Shown here in pieces: positions 50,044 to 59,654 of a DNA stretch of 64,000 nucleotides. The translations under genes and the position numbers were made by a program. This stretch comes from an uncultured bacterium. Lineage in GTDB: Bacteria > Verrucomicrobiota > Kiritimatiellia > PWTM01. Below the pieces are notes generated by a model, which did not search any database, was not told the DNA's origin, and was given only the letters and a program-made list of their open reading frames with translations. The stretch covers positions 2,028,005 through 2,092,004 of the forward strand of contig CAVUUJ010000002.1 in assembly GCA_963744655.1 (NCBI GenBank), written 5' to 3'. The stretch's first letter is position 1, and each line of letters starts with the position of its first letter.

Positions 50044-51108
50044 GTGAAACGCCGGTTCCCCAAGACGCGCGGGGCGGCGGCCGCGGCCGTCGCGCTCGCC
50101 GCGGCGTGCGCCGCGGCGGGCGAGGTGCGGTTCTCCGACGGCGAGGTCCTCGAGGGGCGCCTCTTCTTCGCGCCCGGCACGACGCTCCGCGTGCACGCGC
50201 CCGGCCGCCTGGCCCAGGTGGACCCCGCGACGGTGCGCGAGATCCGTTTCCGTCCGGGCACGGAGCGCATGGAGCGCGCGTGGATGTTTCCGGAGCCCGG
50301 ACAGACCCGCAAGGTGTACCGGGGCGACCCCTATCCCACGCGGGAGCTGGAGGCGGTCGTCCGCCTGCAGTCGGGCGGGGAACTCGGCGGCCATCTCTAC
50401 ACCGTGCCCCTCTACGTCGAGGCGCCCGGCGCCCCCCCGGCGAAGGTGGTGCTCTGGGCCAAGCAGCGCGGCGCGGAGGGTGAAACGCTCGACGCGCTCC
50501 GCTACCCGGTGCTCGTGCGGTTCGACGCCGCGGCGGGCGGCGGCGCCGTGCGGCGCCTGGTGCTCCCGCCGGGGCTCGCGGGCGCGGACGCGGAGGTGGC
50601 CGCGCTGGCGCAGGGCTCGCTGCTGCGCCTGGCGGCCCGCGCGGCGGACGGTCCCGGCGCCTGGGACCTCGACGCGCTGCCGGGCGACCGGCTGATCGCG
50701 GGGTGCCGCGAGGGCGCGCGCATCGTCGTCGGCTGGCCGGCGGCGGAGGACCCCGCGCTGCGCTCGCGCGTTGAGAAGGCCCTCGCGGACGTGCGCGACT
50801 TCTTCGACCGCCGCGAGCTGCTCGGCACCTGCCGCGACGGCCCCGGCGGCGACATCCACGCCCTGATGCGGCTCTCGCGGGAGGACCCCACCACGCTAGG
50901 GGGGGCGCGGAACCGTCCGTGGCGCGTCGGCGTGTGGCGCTGGGTCGCCGGGGAGGACGGCGAGCGGCTGCTGCTCGCGGCCCGCGGGCACCTCTTCCGC
51001 GGCATCGGCGAGCAGGGGGCGCTGCCGCGCGTGGAGCGTTCCGAGGCGCTGTGGCGCGCCGCGGGGCGGGAGCCGGCCGCTTCCCCTCCCGCGCCGCCGG
51101 ACGTATAG
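50044..51108 (+). CDS. hypothetical secreted/lipoprotein of the MoxR-vWA cluster
   Basis: GTG start. Signal peptide with possible lipobox 'ALAAAC'. No recognised domain. Confidence 0.4.
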   Translation: MKRRFPKTRGAAAAAVALAAACAAAGEVRFSDGEVLEGRLFFAPGTTLRVHAPGRLAQVDPATVREIRFRPGTERMERAWMFPEPGQTRKVYRGDPYPTRELEAVVRLQSGGELGGHLYTVPLYVEAPGAPPAKVVLWAKQRGAEGETLDALRYPVLVRFDAAAGGGAVRRLVLPPGLAGADAEVAALAQGSLLRLAARAADGPGAWDLDALPGDRLIAGCREGARIVVGWPAAEDPALRSRVEKALADVRDFFDRRELLGTCRDGPGGDIHALMRLSREDPTTLGGARNRPWRVGVWRWVAGEDGERLLLAARGHLFRGIGEQGALPRVERSEALWRAAGREPAASPPAPPDV

Positions 51109-51138
51109 TCGGGTGCGGACGGGACGCGGGGCTACGGC

Positions 51139-54100
51139 ATGGCGGCGACACCCCATCACGTGGCGGGAGCGGTCCACCAGGCCGCCCGACACCTGCGCGC
51201 CTCGGCGGTGACGGTGCGGCTCGCCCGCTGGACCGCGGTCTCGCTGGGCTGGTGGCTGGCCGTGTTCGTCCTCGACAACCTGCTCCGGCTGCCCTCCGGC
51301 CTGCGCTTTCCCCTGGCGGCGGCGGGCGCCGCCCTGTTTCCGGCCGCGGCGTGGGCCTTCGCGCGCGGCGCCCGGCGCCGCCCGCCGGAGGCGGTGGCGG
51401 TCGCGCTCGAGGGCCGCTTCGCGATCCCGCACAACCTGCTCGTCAACGCCCTGCAGTTCGAGCGTCATCCCGTGCGCCGCGAGCAGCAGCCGTTCGCCGA
51501 CCGCACGCTGTCGGCCTGCCGTTCGGTCCTGCCGCGCGTGCGCGTCGAACGGCTCTGGGACCGCCGGCGGCTGGGCCGCTGGGGGGGCGGCGCCGTTGCC
51601 TGTCTCGCGCTGTGGGCGGCCTACCTGGGCCTGTTCCCCCGCTACGCGGCCAACGCGGCGTCGCGCTTCGCGCGGCCCATGGCGGACCGCCCGCCGGTCG
51701 GCGCGTACGCCGTCACGGTCGTGCCCTCCTCCGACGTGGTGATCATGGAGGGCGAGGACCTCACGGTCCGCGCCGCCGTGCGGGGCGGGCCGGCCGGGCG
51801 AAGCGCGCCCCCGCCCGCCGTCGGCTGGCGCGAGGGCGTCGCGCGGCTGGACCCCGATGACCGCGGGATGGAACGGGCCCTCATGGGCGGGGAGGGCGGC
51901 CAACCGGGGATCCACGCGTACACCTTCGCCCGCGTCCGCCGCCCGTTCACCTTTCGCGTGTTCGCGGGGGACGCGTACTCCGCCGCCGTGTCCGTCGCCG
52001 TGCGGCCGCGGCCCGCCGTGACGGGCTCTTCCGCGGAGATCCGCCCGCCGGCCTACACGGGGCTCGGCCCCGTCCTGCGCCCGGGCCCGCCGGCGGCCCT
52101 CGGCGGCCTGTCCGGTTCGGTGGCCCGCATCGTCCTGCGCATCGAGCCGCCGGTGGCGGAGGCGTGGTGGACGGAGAACGGGCGGCGCACGCCGCTCGCC
52201 GCCGCGGAGCAGGGCGCGTGGACCGTGGAGACGCCGCTCGCCGAGCCGGGCGGCTACGAGATCGCCGTGCGCCGGGAGGGGGTGCCGAAGGACCTGGTGA
52301 TCGCCCGCGGCGACCTGGTCATCGACACCGACCGGGCGCCGCAGGTGGACTTCACCACGGAGGACCGCAACCGGCTCGTTTCGGCCGGCGAGGACCTGCG
52401 TATCGACCTGGAGGGGACGGACGACTTCGGCCTGAGGGCCATGGAGGTCACGGCCCGGCTCCCCGACGGGGACGGCGCCCCGCTGAAGTCCTGGGTGTAC
52501 CTCGGTCCGCCCGGGCCGAAGGGGCCCGCGCGCGAGGGCTTCGTGCTGCGCGTGGACCCCGCCCGGTTCGAACCCGGGCGGACCTACCTCGTCGAGGCCC
52601 TGGCCGCGGACTTCGCCCCGGCCGGCCGGGTCGGCCGCTCGCGGCCCCTGGTGCTGCGCGTGAAGTCGCCGGAGGACTACACCCTGCCGCCGGGCGACCC
52701 CCTCGACGCCGCGTTCGAGCGGCTCCGCCTCACGATCGGCGAGCAGCAGAAGGCGCTGGGCCTCACGGCCCACCTCGCCCTGCACCTGGACGAGGCCCGG
52801 GCGCGGGAGGCCGTCGGCGGGCACGCCGGCGCCATGACCCGCCAGCAGCGCCTGGCCCTGGAGGCGGGCGGGGCCGCGCTCGGCCTCTTCCGCCGCGCGG
52901 AGGAGGGCGGGACCTGGGCCGCGCGGCTCACGCCGCTCGTGGAAGGCGAGATGCCCTGGGTCCTGGCCGACCTGTCGAAACTGGCGGCCGACCCCGCCGC
53001 CGCGCAACCGGGCCGCGTGGCGGGCGTGCGGGAGCGGCAGGCCTTCGTGCTCGCCCGCCTGCTGGAGCTGCTGGGCCGGGTGGCCGACGAGCGGCGCCTC
53101 GCGGCGGCCGCCGCGGCACGCTTCGCGCCGGACGAGCCGCTGCCCGTGACGCGCGAGACGGCGGGCACGGAACTGCGCGACGAGCTCGAGGCGTTCGCCA
53201 AGGACCAGGAGAAGATCCTGGCGGCGAGCCGCACCCTGGCCGACCGCGGCCCCGCGGACCTGACGGAGGAGGAACAGGAGATCCTGGGCGAACTGGCCCG
53301 CGAGGAGGCCGCGTGGGCGGGCTTCTTCGAGGAGAAGCTCACCGACTTCAGCAAGCTGCCGAACCAGGACTTCGCGGACGGGTCGCTCGCGCAGGAACTC
53401 AACGAGGTGTACCAGGAGGTCCAACTCGCCGCCGCCGAACTCTACGCGAAGAACGTCGAGCTGGCCGTGCCGCACGAGCAGTCGGGCCTCGAGTCGGCCG
53501 AGGAGCTCGTGCAGAACCTCGAGAAGTGGCTGTCGGACGTCCCCGACAACCTCAAGTGGATGATGGAGGAGCCGCTCGCGCCGCCGGACATCCCGATGGC
53601 GGAACTGCCGGCCGAGCTCGAGGACATCGCCGGCGAGCTGCTCGACAGCGAGGAGGCGATGAGCGACGAGGTCGAGGACGTGACGAGCTCGTGGATGGAC
53701 TCCATCGACAAGGGGGCCGGCTGGACGGCCACGGACGGGCCCATCTCCTCGATGTCGGCGAAGGGCATCACGGGCAACCTGCTCCCCAACCAGCAGGAGA
53801 TCGGCGGCCGCTCGGGGGAGGGGCGCACCGGGCGCAGCCACGGCCAGATGGTCGAGGACGCGGCCGAGGGCAAGGACGGCCGCCGCACGCCCACCCGCCT
53901 GACGCCCGGCCCCTTCGAGCCCGGCAGCGTCGAGGACGCCTCGACCGGCGACCCGGGCGGCGCGACCGGCGGCGGCAAGCTCTCCGGCTACTCCGAGGCG
54001 GGACTCCGGGGACCGGCCCCCGCGCCGCCGGCCGACGCGCCGCGCCTGCTCGAGCCCCAGGCGCGCATCCGGCAGGAGGCCGAGGCCCTCGCGCTCAAGC

Positions 54101-54429
54101 TGCGCGCCTACCGCCTCTCCTCGGGCGACATGGAGAGCGCCGCGTCGGCGATGACCGCGCTGGAAGCGGCCGCCCGGCGCGGGGACGGCCCCGGCGTACG
54201 GCAGGCCTTCCACCGCGCGCTCGACGCGCTGAAGGACGCCGGCCGCACCCTGCGCACCGAGAAGGGGCTCCAGATGGAGCGGGCGCAGCTGCCCGGCTGG
54301 GTGCGCGACGAGATCCTGGCGGGCTACCGCGAGGGGATGCCCAGGGGCTACGAGGACATCGTGTCGGCCTACTTTCGCTCCCTGGCCGGGCAACCGTCCG
54401 CCGCGGCGGGCGCGGGAGACGTGCCGTGA
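51139..54429 (+). CDS. large (1096 aa) membrane-anchored protein with N-terminal TM pair, central beta-rich region and long acidic coiled-coil C-terminal half (DUF4175-like, Bat-cluster associated)
   Basis: N-terminal TMs 'WTAVSLGWWLAVFVLDNLL' and 'LAAAGAALFPAAAWAF'. Acidic heptad stretch 'EELVQNLEKWLSDVPDNLKWMMEEPLAPPDIPMAELPAELEDIAGELLDSEEAMSDEVEDV'. Confidence 0.55.
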   Translation: MAATPHHVAGAVHQAARHLRASAVTVRLARWTAVSLGWWLAVFVLDNLLRLPSGLRFPLAAAGAALFPAAAWAFARGARRRPPEAVAVALEGRFAIPHNLLVNALQFERHPVRREQQPFADRTLSACRSVLPRVRVERLWDRRRLGRWGGGAVACLALWAAYLGLFPRYAANAASRFARPMADRPPVGAYAVTVVPSSDVVIMEGEDLTVRAAVRGGPAGRSAPPPAVGWREGVARLDPDDRGMERALMGGEGGQPGIHAYTFARVRRPFTFRVFAGDAYSAAVSVAVRPRPAVTGSSAEIRPPAYTGLGPVLRPGPPAALGGLSGSVARIVLRIEPPVAEAWWTENGRRTPLAAAEQGAWTVETPLAEPGGYEIAVRREGVPKDLVIARGDLVIDTDRAPQVDFTTEDRNRLVSAGEDLRIDLEGTDDFGLRAMEVTARLPDGDGAPLKSWVYLGPPGPKGPAREGFVLRVDPARFEPGRTYLVEALAADFAPAGRVGRSRPLVLRVKSPEDYTLPPGDPLDAAFERLRLTIGEQQKALGLTAHLALHLDEARAREAVGGHAGAMTRQQRLALEAGGAALGLFRRAEEGGTWAARLTPLVEGEMPWVLADLSKLAADPAAAQPGRVAGVRERQAFVLARLLELLGRVADERRLAAAAAARFAPDEPLPVTRETAGTELRDELEAFAKDQEKILAASRTLADRGPADLTEEEQEILGELAREEAAWAGFFEEKLTDFSKLPNQDFADGSLAQELNEVYQEVQLAAAELYAKNVELAVPHEQSGLESAEELVQNLEKWLSDVPDNLKWMMEEPLAPPDIPMAELPAELEDIAGELLDSEEAMSDEVEDVTSSWMDSIDKGAGWTATDGPISSMSAKGITGNLLPNQQEIGGRSGEGRTGRSHGQMVEDAAEGKDGRRTPTRLTPGPFEPGSVEDASTGDPGGATGGGKLSGYSEAGLRGPAPAPPADAPRLLEPQARIRQEAEALALKLRAYRLSSGDMESAASAMTALEAAARRGDGPGVRQAFHRALDALKDAGRTLRTEKGLQMERAQLPGWVRDEILAGYREGMPRGYEDIVSAYFRSLAGQPSAAAGAGDVP

Positions 54430-55109
54430 AGGCGGCGCGGCGCCCCGCCCGGACCGCCGGGACCGTCGCCGCGGCCCTGGCCGCCGGCCTGGCCCTCGCC
54501 GCCGCGGCCGCCGCGCCGGCCGCCAACCTCGTAGTCAACGGCGGTTTCGAGCAGGCGGACCCCGCGGCGCCCGGCCGGCCGCTCGGCTGGGACCTGCCCG
54601 ACGGGCTCGGCGTGCAGTGGGCGCCCGTGCCCGCGGGGATGGACGGCGCGGCGCGCGGGCGCGCGATCCGCATGGACACGCGCGTTTCCGAGCGGGCCAT
54701 GGAGGCCCGCTGGCGGGAGAAGGGCCTCGATACGTGGCACATCCCCGACGCGGCCGGCAACGCGATCGCCGACACCTACGGTCTCTCGTTCTACTCCGCG
54801 CCCTTTCCGGTCAGTTCCGGCACGACCTACCGCGTCCGCTTCCGCCTGCGCAAGGAGCGGGGCGGGGAGGGCGCGAAGGTCTGGGTGCGGGGCTACGGCG
54901 AGCTGCGCGGGGCCCTGCGCCGGCTCTACGAGACCGTCGTGTTCTGCCGCGGCGAGGGCGGGAAGTGGCTGAGCTTCGAGCAGGAGTTCTCGCCCACGAA
55001 ACACCGTCCCGCCGTGACCGAGATGCGGGTGATGCTCTACGCGTACTACCCGCCGGGCGTGTACTGGTTCGACGAGGTCGCGGTCGAACCGGTTCCGCCC
55101 GCCCGGTGA
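54426..55109 (+). CDS. secreted protein with carbohydrate-binding-module-like beta-sandwich (CBM4/9-like)
   Basis: GTG 54426 overlaps the upstream stop. Signal peptide followed by 'NLVVNGGFEQ...', the typical CBM_4_9 start. 'WFDEVAV' ending. Confidence 0.45.
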   Translation: MKAARRPARTAGTVAAALAAGLALAAAAAAPAANLVVNGGFEQADPAAPGRPLGWDLPDGLGVQWAPVPAGMDGAARGRAIRMDTRVSERAMEARWREKGLDTWHIPDAAGNAIADTYGLSFYSAPFPVSSGTTYRVRFRLRKERGGEGAKVWVRGYGELRGALRRLYETVVFCRGEGGKWLSFEQEFSPTKHRPAVTEMRVMLYAYYPPGVYWFDEVAVEPVPPAR

Positions 55110-55166
55110 GCGGTGCGCACCCGTCCCGCGTGGAAACGCGACCCGAGTCGCGCCGGCGAACGGGCG

Positions 55167-55589
55167 TCAGGCTTCGGGCCCGGCTTCGGGGTCGCGGTCG
55201 GCGAGGAAACGGTCGATCACGTCGACGACCTGCTTGCGCGAGAAGGGCTTCGGGAGGAAGGCGAGGGCGCCCTGGTCGACCGCTTCCTTCGCCTGGTCGT
55301 CCTCCACGTATCCCGACACCATGATCACGCCGGACTTCGGGTGGAGATCGCGCGCGTGGCGCAGGACCTCCATGCCGTCGACGCCCGGCATCTTCACGTC
55401 GGTGACCACGACGTCGGGATGGGCGCCCTCGAGGGCCTTCATCGCCTCCACGGGGTCGCTGAACGTGCGCACCCGGAAACCGGAGAGGCGCAGGGAGGCG
55501 GCGATCAACTGGGCCATGTCGGGCTCGTCATCGACAACGAACACCGAGCAGGACGCGCGCTGTGCCTTCGCCTCGTCGTCGTGCTGCAT
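55167..55589 (-). CDS. stand-alone response-regulator receiver (CheY-like) protein
   Basis: ATG 55589 is 9 nt after AAGGAGG. 'VFVVDDEPDMAQLIAASL...VVVTDVKMPGVDGMEVL...VIMVSGY...AFLPKPF'. Confidence 0.75.
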   Translation of the reverse strand: MQHDDEAKAQRASCSVFVVDDEPDMAQLIAASLRLSGFRVRTFSDPVEAMKALEGAHPDVVVTDVKMPGVDGMEVLRHARDLHPKSGVIMVSGYVEDDQAKEAVDQGALAFLPKPFSRKQVVDVIDRFLADRDPEAGPEA

Positions 55590-55717
55590 GTCCGGCACCT
55601 CCTTTTCGCCCCTCGAGATGACGGCGGCGCCGGGGCGATCGTGCGAGGCATTCTATCGCCGCCGCCCCGCCGGGGCAAGCGTTCCCGGAGGCGCCTCCCG
55701 TCCGACGGGTTGCCCCG

Positions 55718-56857
55718 CTATTTCTGCCAGGCCGACACGCAGAGCACGCCGTCGGTGGGCGTGCTGTCGGGGGCCACCGGAACGGACCGCACGTAGCCGA
55801 ACACCGTGGACGAACCGGCCTTCTTGAAGTCGCCGCCGCAGATGATCGAGCCCGTGATGGAGCAGGACCCGGTGACTTCGATGGCGCCGATGCGGGCGTA
55901 GATGAGCCCCTCGTAGTCGCCGCACCCGCTGATCTTGATGTCGCCGTCGCGGCTGACGAAGGCCGGGTAGGACGCCACCTTGTGCTGCGGCCCGCTCCCG
56001 GCGACGTGGATGTCGCCGGTGGCGATGAAACAACCCTCGAGCACGCCGGGCCCGCTGATCTGGAGGTCGCCGTTGACCCACATGACGCCCCCCGCCGGGG
56101 CGGCGTTGCCGCTGATGGTCACACGCCCGTCGTAGACCTCGCCATAGGCGTCGGCGCGGTTGAAGTAGGGGACCAGGTCGATCTCGGGCAGCGGGATGTT
56201 GGGCACCGCCTGCTCGGTAAGGGTGCCGGTGATCTTGCCCGTCTTGCCGGAGACCGAGGGCGCCGTCGCGTCGCCGTCGATTTCGCCGCTGTTGCCCTTG
56301 AGCACGATGGAGACGGAAGACGAGATGTCGGCGTTCAGTTCGCCGCAGCCCGCCTGTTTGAACGCGTCGTTCGCGTGGACCGTGCTGTGCCCCTGGAACA
56401 CGCCGCAGCCGGTCCAGGAGATCTCGCCGTCGGCCAGGATGGCGAACGTGTACGCCTCTTCGCCCGAGTCCGGCACGCCGATCTCGCGGCGGTGCAGGTC
56501 GAGCACGACCGTCTGCTCGACGTTGCGGTACACGGCGCGGCCGGTGAGCACGGCCTCGGCGTCGCCCACGGGCTGGGAAGAGACCTCGTAGGTGCCGCCG
56601 CCGTACGCGGTTTCCGCGATCAGCACGGCGTTCGTGCGGAGCCGGAAGTCGCCGGCCAGGAGCTGGTAGCCGCGGCTCACGCCGGCCTCGGCAATGGACT
56701 GGGCCCGCACGCGGCGGGCCATGCGCTGCGCCGTGAACGAGCGCTGCGAGGCGGCGCGGCTCACCGTGATGAGCAGCGCGGATACGCCGAAGGCGGCGAT
56801 CAGGACCACCAGCAGGGCGGAGCCCCTGCGGCGGGCGGTTTCGGTCGGCCTTTTCAT
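55718..56857 (-). CDS. GspK-like minor pseudopilin (type II secretion / type IV pilus tip component)
   Basis: N-terminus 'RRRGSALLVVLIAAFGVSALLITV' is GspK-like: a prepilin-type helix lacking Glu5. The rest is a beta-rich Gly/Ser-rich domain. Confidence 0.5.
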   Translation of the reverse strand: MKRPTETARRRGSALLVVLIAAFGVSALLITVSRAASQRSFTAQRMARRVRAQSIAEAGVSRGYQLLAGDFRLRTNAVLIAETAYGGGTYEVSSQPVGDAEAVLTGRAVYRNVEQTVVLDLHRREIGVPDSGEEAYTFAILADGEISWTGCGVFQGHSTVHANDAFKQAGCGELNADISSSVSIVLKGNSGEIDGDATAPSVSGKTGKITGTLTEQAVPNIPLPEIDLVPYFNRADAYGEVYDGRVTISGNAAPAGGVMWVNGDLQISGPGVLEGCFIATGDIHVAGSGPQHKVASYPAFVSRDGDIKISGCGDYEGLIYARIGAIEVTGSCSITGSIICGGDFKKAGSSTVFGYVRSVPVAPDSTPTDGVLCVSAWQK

Positions 56858-56885
56858 GGCATGGTGCTCCTCTGTCGGGTTCTTC

Positions 56886-58952
56886 TCACAGACCGGTGTT
56901 GCGCGGCTGGATCTCCACCGCGAGCCGCGACGTGATGCGCTTCTTCGCGGCGAAGCCGGGCGCGTCCTTGAAGATCTCCAGGTCGGCGGCCAGCCCGGTG
57001 AGGATCTCGCCCCCGTCGACCGTGACCCGGAAGATGCCGTAATCGGGTCCCTTGGTGAAGGTGCCCCCGACGTCGACCACGCGCTCGGGCCCGTACCACT
57101 TGATGGTGACGTCCTTCAACTCGGGCGTCGCGTCGTACGCGGCGTTGGAGGTCAGCTCGCACCGGAACTGGACGAAGCGGCCGTGCCCGGGGTCGATGAC
57201 GCCGTACACCGGCACCGGGGTGACGTCCGGCCAGGCCGGGGCGTCGGAGAGGTCCATCTCGTCGCCCGTGCGGACCTTGAGTTGCGTCGAGGTGCCGTCG
57301 GGCACCTGGGCGTTCCAGCGGATCTCGGAGTAGGCGGGGCTTTCCGCGTGCGTGTCGAACACGTCGGAAACGAAGGCGCCGCTTTCAGGGTACGAACTGA
57401 ACATGCGCGCGACGGCCCACACGCCCGGCTTGCTTTCCACGTCGCCCCGCGCGCTCCAGGCCGCCGAGACCACCGTGTTCGTGTCGGGCGCCCCGGTCTT
57501 CGGGATGACGAAGGTGCTGACGAGGCCGGTGCTGACCAGGTCCGTCCACTGCCAGCAGCCGCCGAAACCCGGGACGTCGGCGACCAGCAGGGTGACGAGG
57601 TAGCTGGCAGTTTGTTCGACAGGGAAGTCGAGCAGGTCCGACCAGGCGCCCGAGGCGGCCGGGATGTCGGTGCCCGGCTGCCCCGAGAAGGTCAGGGCCT
57701 GGAAGGTGCCCGCCTCCGCGTCCATCGTGCTCGTCTCCGTGCTGTCCGCGAGCGCGAGGGAGGCGGACAGGATGCGGAGCGATTCGTTGAGGCCCGAGCG
57801 GAACAGGATCCGCGTGCGGGCGGCGTTGAAGCCGATCCAGTTGCCGCCGTCCATCTCCTCGCCGCGGAGCAGGACGCGCACGGCCGAGCCGCGCGCGAGG
57901 CCGGACGGCACGCTCTGCCCGAACAGGTCGCCGGTCTGCGCCTCGGCGGACCAGTTGGTGCCCTGGCCCTGGAGGGCGACGACGAAGTCGTGGGGCAGGC
58001 GCGTGCGGTCGAACTGCACCACGGTGTTCTCGTGGACGTCCCCGGACTGCTGGAAGTTGGTCTCCTCCCACCGGTCGTTGTCGATGGCGAGGGTGAAGTA
58101 CTGGCCGGCCGCGGTCGCCGGGAAGAGCAGGTGGTAGTTGCCGCTCCAGGAGCCTCCCTCCATGAGGATGTTCGTCGGGACCGGCCCGTACACTTCCCAG
58201 GCCGGCAGCAGGTTCTCGCCCTCGCGCCGCGCGGCGCTCGGGGTGGCGAACAGGCTGTCGACGCCGACCCGGTAGCCGCTGCTGGCCGAGTTCTTGCCGA
58301 GCACCGTGAACTGGAAGTGGTGCGTGCCGGGCCCGAGCGAGACCGAACCGAGGTTGACGTTGACCTCCCGGGTCTCGACCGGCGCGTAGGCGTCGAGCAC
58401 GGCGCCCCGCGGCGAGATGCTCCAGCGGAACAGGTTCTCGAACAGCACCCGCGTCACGGCGTGCGCCCCGTTCGGCGCGCCCGGGCCGTTGCCGTCCAGC
58501 ACGACCCGGTCCACCTGGACCTGCCGCTCGGCGTCGGTCAGGGTGTTGTCCCGCGGGTCGAAGACGGTCAGACGCAGCTGGTTGGGCTCCCCGCCCCAGA
58601 CGTGGTACACGACGGTTTGGTCCCAGATGATGTGACCCTCCTCGTCGCGCTCGACCGCCCCGTCGCCGTCGTCGTCGCGGGCCAGGGGGAAACTGATGGC
58701 CGTGTACGGACCCGGCCCCTGGGGCGAGAAGAACATCCGGTCGAGCGACGAGAGGCGCAGGTCGTGCTTGATCCGCTCCATGGCCGTCTGGACGTCGATG
58801 TCGAGTTCGTCCTGGATGGAACTCTGCTCGATGCTCCGCAAGAGCTGCAGCAGCCCCGCGATGACCACGACGACCACGGTGCCGAGCACCGCCACGGCCA
58901 TCAGCGTTTCGACGAGGGTGAAGCCCCCGCGGCGTGCCGACGCCGGCCTCAT
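56886..58952 (-). CDS. very large (689 aa) pseudopilin with prepilin-type N-terminal cleavage/methylation domain
   Basis: 'RRGGFTLVETLMAVAVLGTVVVVVIAGLL' (G|FTLVE prepilin motif). ATG 58952 overlaps the upstream pseudopilin stop. Confidence 0.65.
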   Translation of the reverse strand: MRPASARRGGFTLVETLMAVAVLGTVVVVVIAGLLQLLRSIEQSSIQDELDIDVQTAMERIKHDLRLSSLDRMFFSPQGPGPYTAISFPLARDDDGDGAVERDEEGHIIWDQTVVYHVWGGEPNQLRLTVFDPRDNTLTDAERQVQVDRVVLDGNGPGAPNGAHAVTRVLFENLFRWSISPRGAVLDAYAPVETREVNVNLGSVSLGPGTHHFQFTVLGKNSASSGYRVGVDSLFATPSAARREGENLLPAWEVYGPVPTNILMEGGSWSGNYHLLFPATAAGQYFTLAIDNDRWEETNFQQSGDVHENTVVQFDRTRLPHDFVVALQGQGTNWSAEAQTGDLFGQSVPSGLARGSAVRVLLRGEEMDGGNWIGFNAARTRILFRSGLNESLRILSASLALADSTETSTMDAEAGTFQALTFSGQPGTDIPAASGAWSDLLDFPVEQTASYLVTLLVADVPGFGGCWQWTDLVSTGLVSTFVIPKTGAPDTNTVVSAAWSARGDVESKPGVWAVARMFSSYPESGAFVSDVFDTHAESPAYSEIRWNAQVPDGTSTQLKVRTGDEMDLSDAPAWPDVTPVPVYGVIDPGHGRFVQFRCELTSNAAYDATPELKDVTIKWYGPERVVDVGGTFTKGPDYGIFRVTVDGGEILTGLAADLEIFKDAPGFAAKKRITSRLAVEIQPRNTGL

Positions 58953-59389
58953 GCGTCCGTGTACTGGAACCGGGCGATACACGAGCGGATCTCCTCCTGG
59001 CTGCCCTGGAACCTGAGCGTCACGCGGTCCAGGATGTCCACGGACACGACCATTTCCTTCATGTCGGGCCCGAGCGTGTTCACCACCGTGGAGCGCCGGA
59101 ACGCGCCGCCCGGGTCCGGGGAGCCGGCGCAGTCCACCCGGACACGGTTCTCCTCGCACTGGTCCATGAAGTCGAAGCCCAGGGTCTTGGCGCGCTCCAT
59201 CCGGTTCTTGGCGATGTTGATCGCCTGGTAATGGGAGCGGGACACGTCGCTCACCCGGCGGCTCATCACGCCGAGGCGGCAGGCTCCGCTCACGAAGGCA
59301 CCGAAAACGAACAAGGCCACCATGACCTCGAGCAGCGACGTGCCGTCCCGCCCCCTCGCGTTCCGGCGGCTCTTACTGGTCGTCTTCAT
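58949..59389 (-). CDS. pseudopilin (GspH/I-like, prepilin-type N-terminus)
   Basis: ATG 59389 after GGGGA. 'GTSLLEVMVALFVFGAFVSG' prepilin cleavage/methylation motif. 146 aa. Confidence 0.7.
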   Translation of the reverse strand: MKTTSKSRRNARGRDGTSLLEVMVALFVFGAFVSGACRLGVMSRRVSDVSRSHYQAINIAKNRMERAKTLGFDFMDQCEENRVRVDCAGSPDPGGAFRRSTVVNTLGPDMKEMVVSVDILDRVTLRFQGSQEEIRSCIARFQYTDA

Positions 59390-59442
59390 GACATATCCCC
59401 TGCGGTGCCCCGGGAAAGGAACTCCGGGCCCCAATGCCCCAC

Positions 59443-59458
59443 TGCAAGACCCGTGCCA
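59443..59458 (-). promoter_or_regulatory. sigma-54 (-24/-12) promoter for the pseudopilin operon
   Basis: The minus strand reads TGGCACGGGTCTTGCA, a 16/16 fit to TGGCACG-N4-TTGCA. It lies 55-70 nt upstream of the pseudopilin start at 59389. Confidence 0.6.
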
Positions 59459-59620
59459 TCTTGCGGGGATGCCTGCACACGGCCGTGGCCTAGGGTTCAA
59501 CGTGTTGCTGGAGCGTAGGATGCGATGCAGGTGCATGGAATGCGCCCATGGGAGGTTTCCGCAGAATCGAGAGGGAGGGCGGTTCCGTGGAGGCTTCGTT
59601 CGCAGATAGCCAAGAGGGGG

Positions 59621-59636
59621 TGTTCGCAAGCGAACA
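59621..59636. promoter_or_regulatory. perfect 16-bp palindrome TGTTCGCAAGCGAACA, candidate enhancer-binding-protein UAS
   Basis: Perfect dyad about 170 bp upstream of the sigma-54 promoter at 59443-59458. A half-site-like 'TTCGCAGA' lies nearby. The NtrC-like activator gene is 2 kb away. Confidence 0.4.
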
Positions 59637-59654
59637 GGTACAGCGGGCGGCGCG

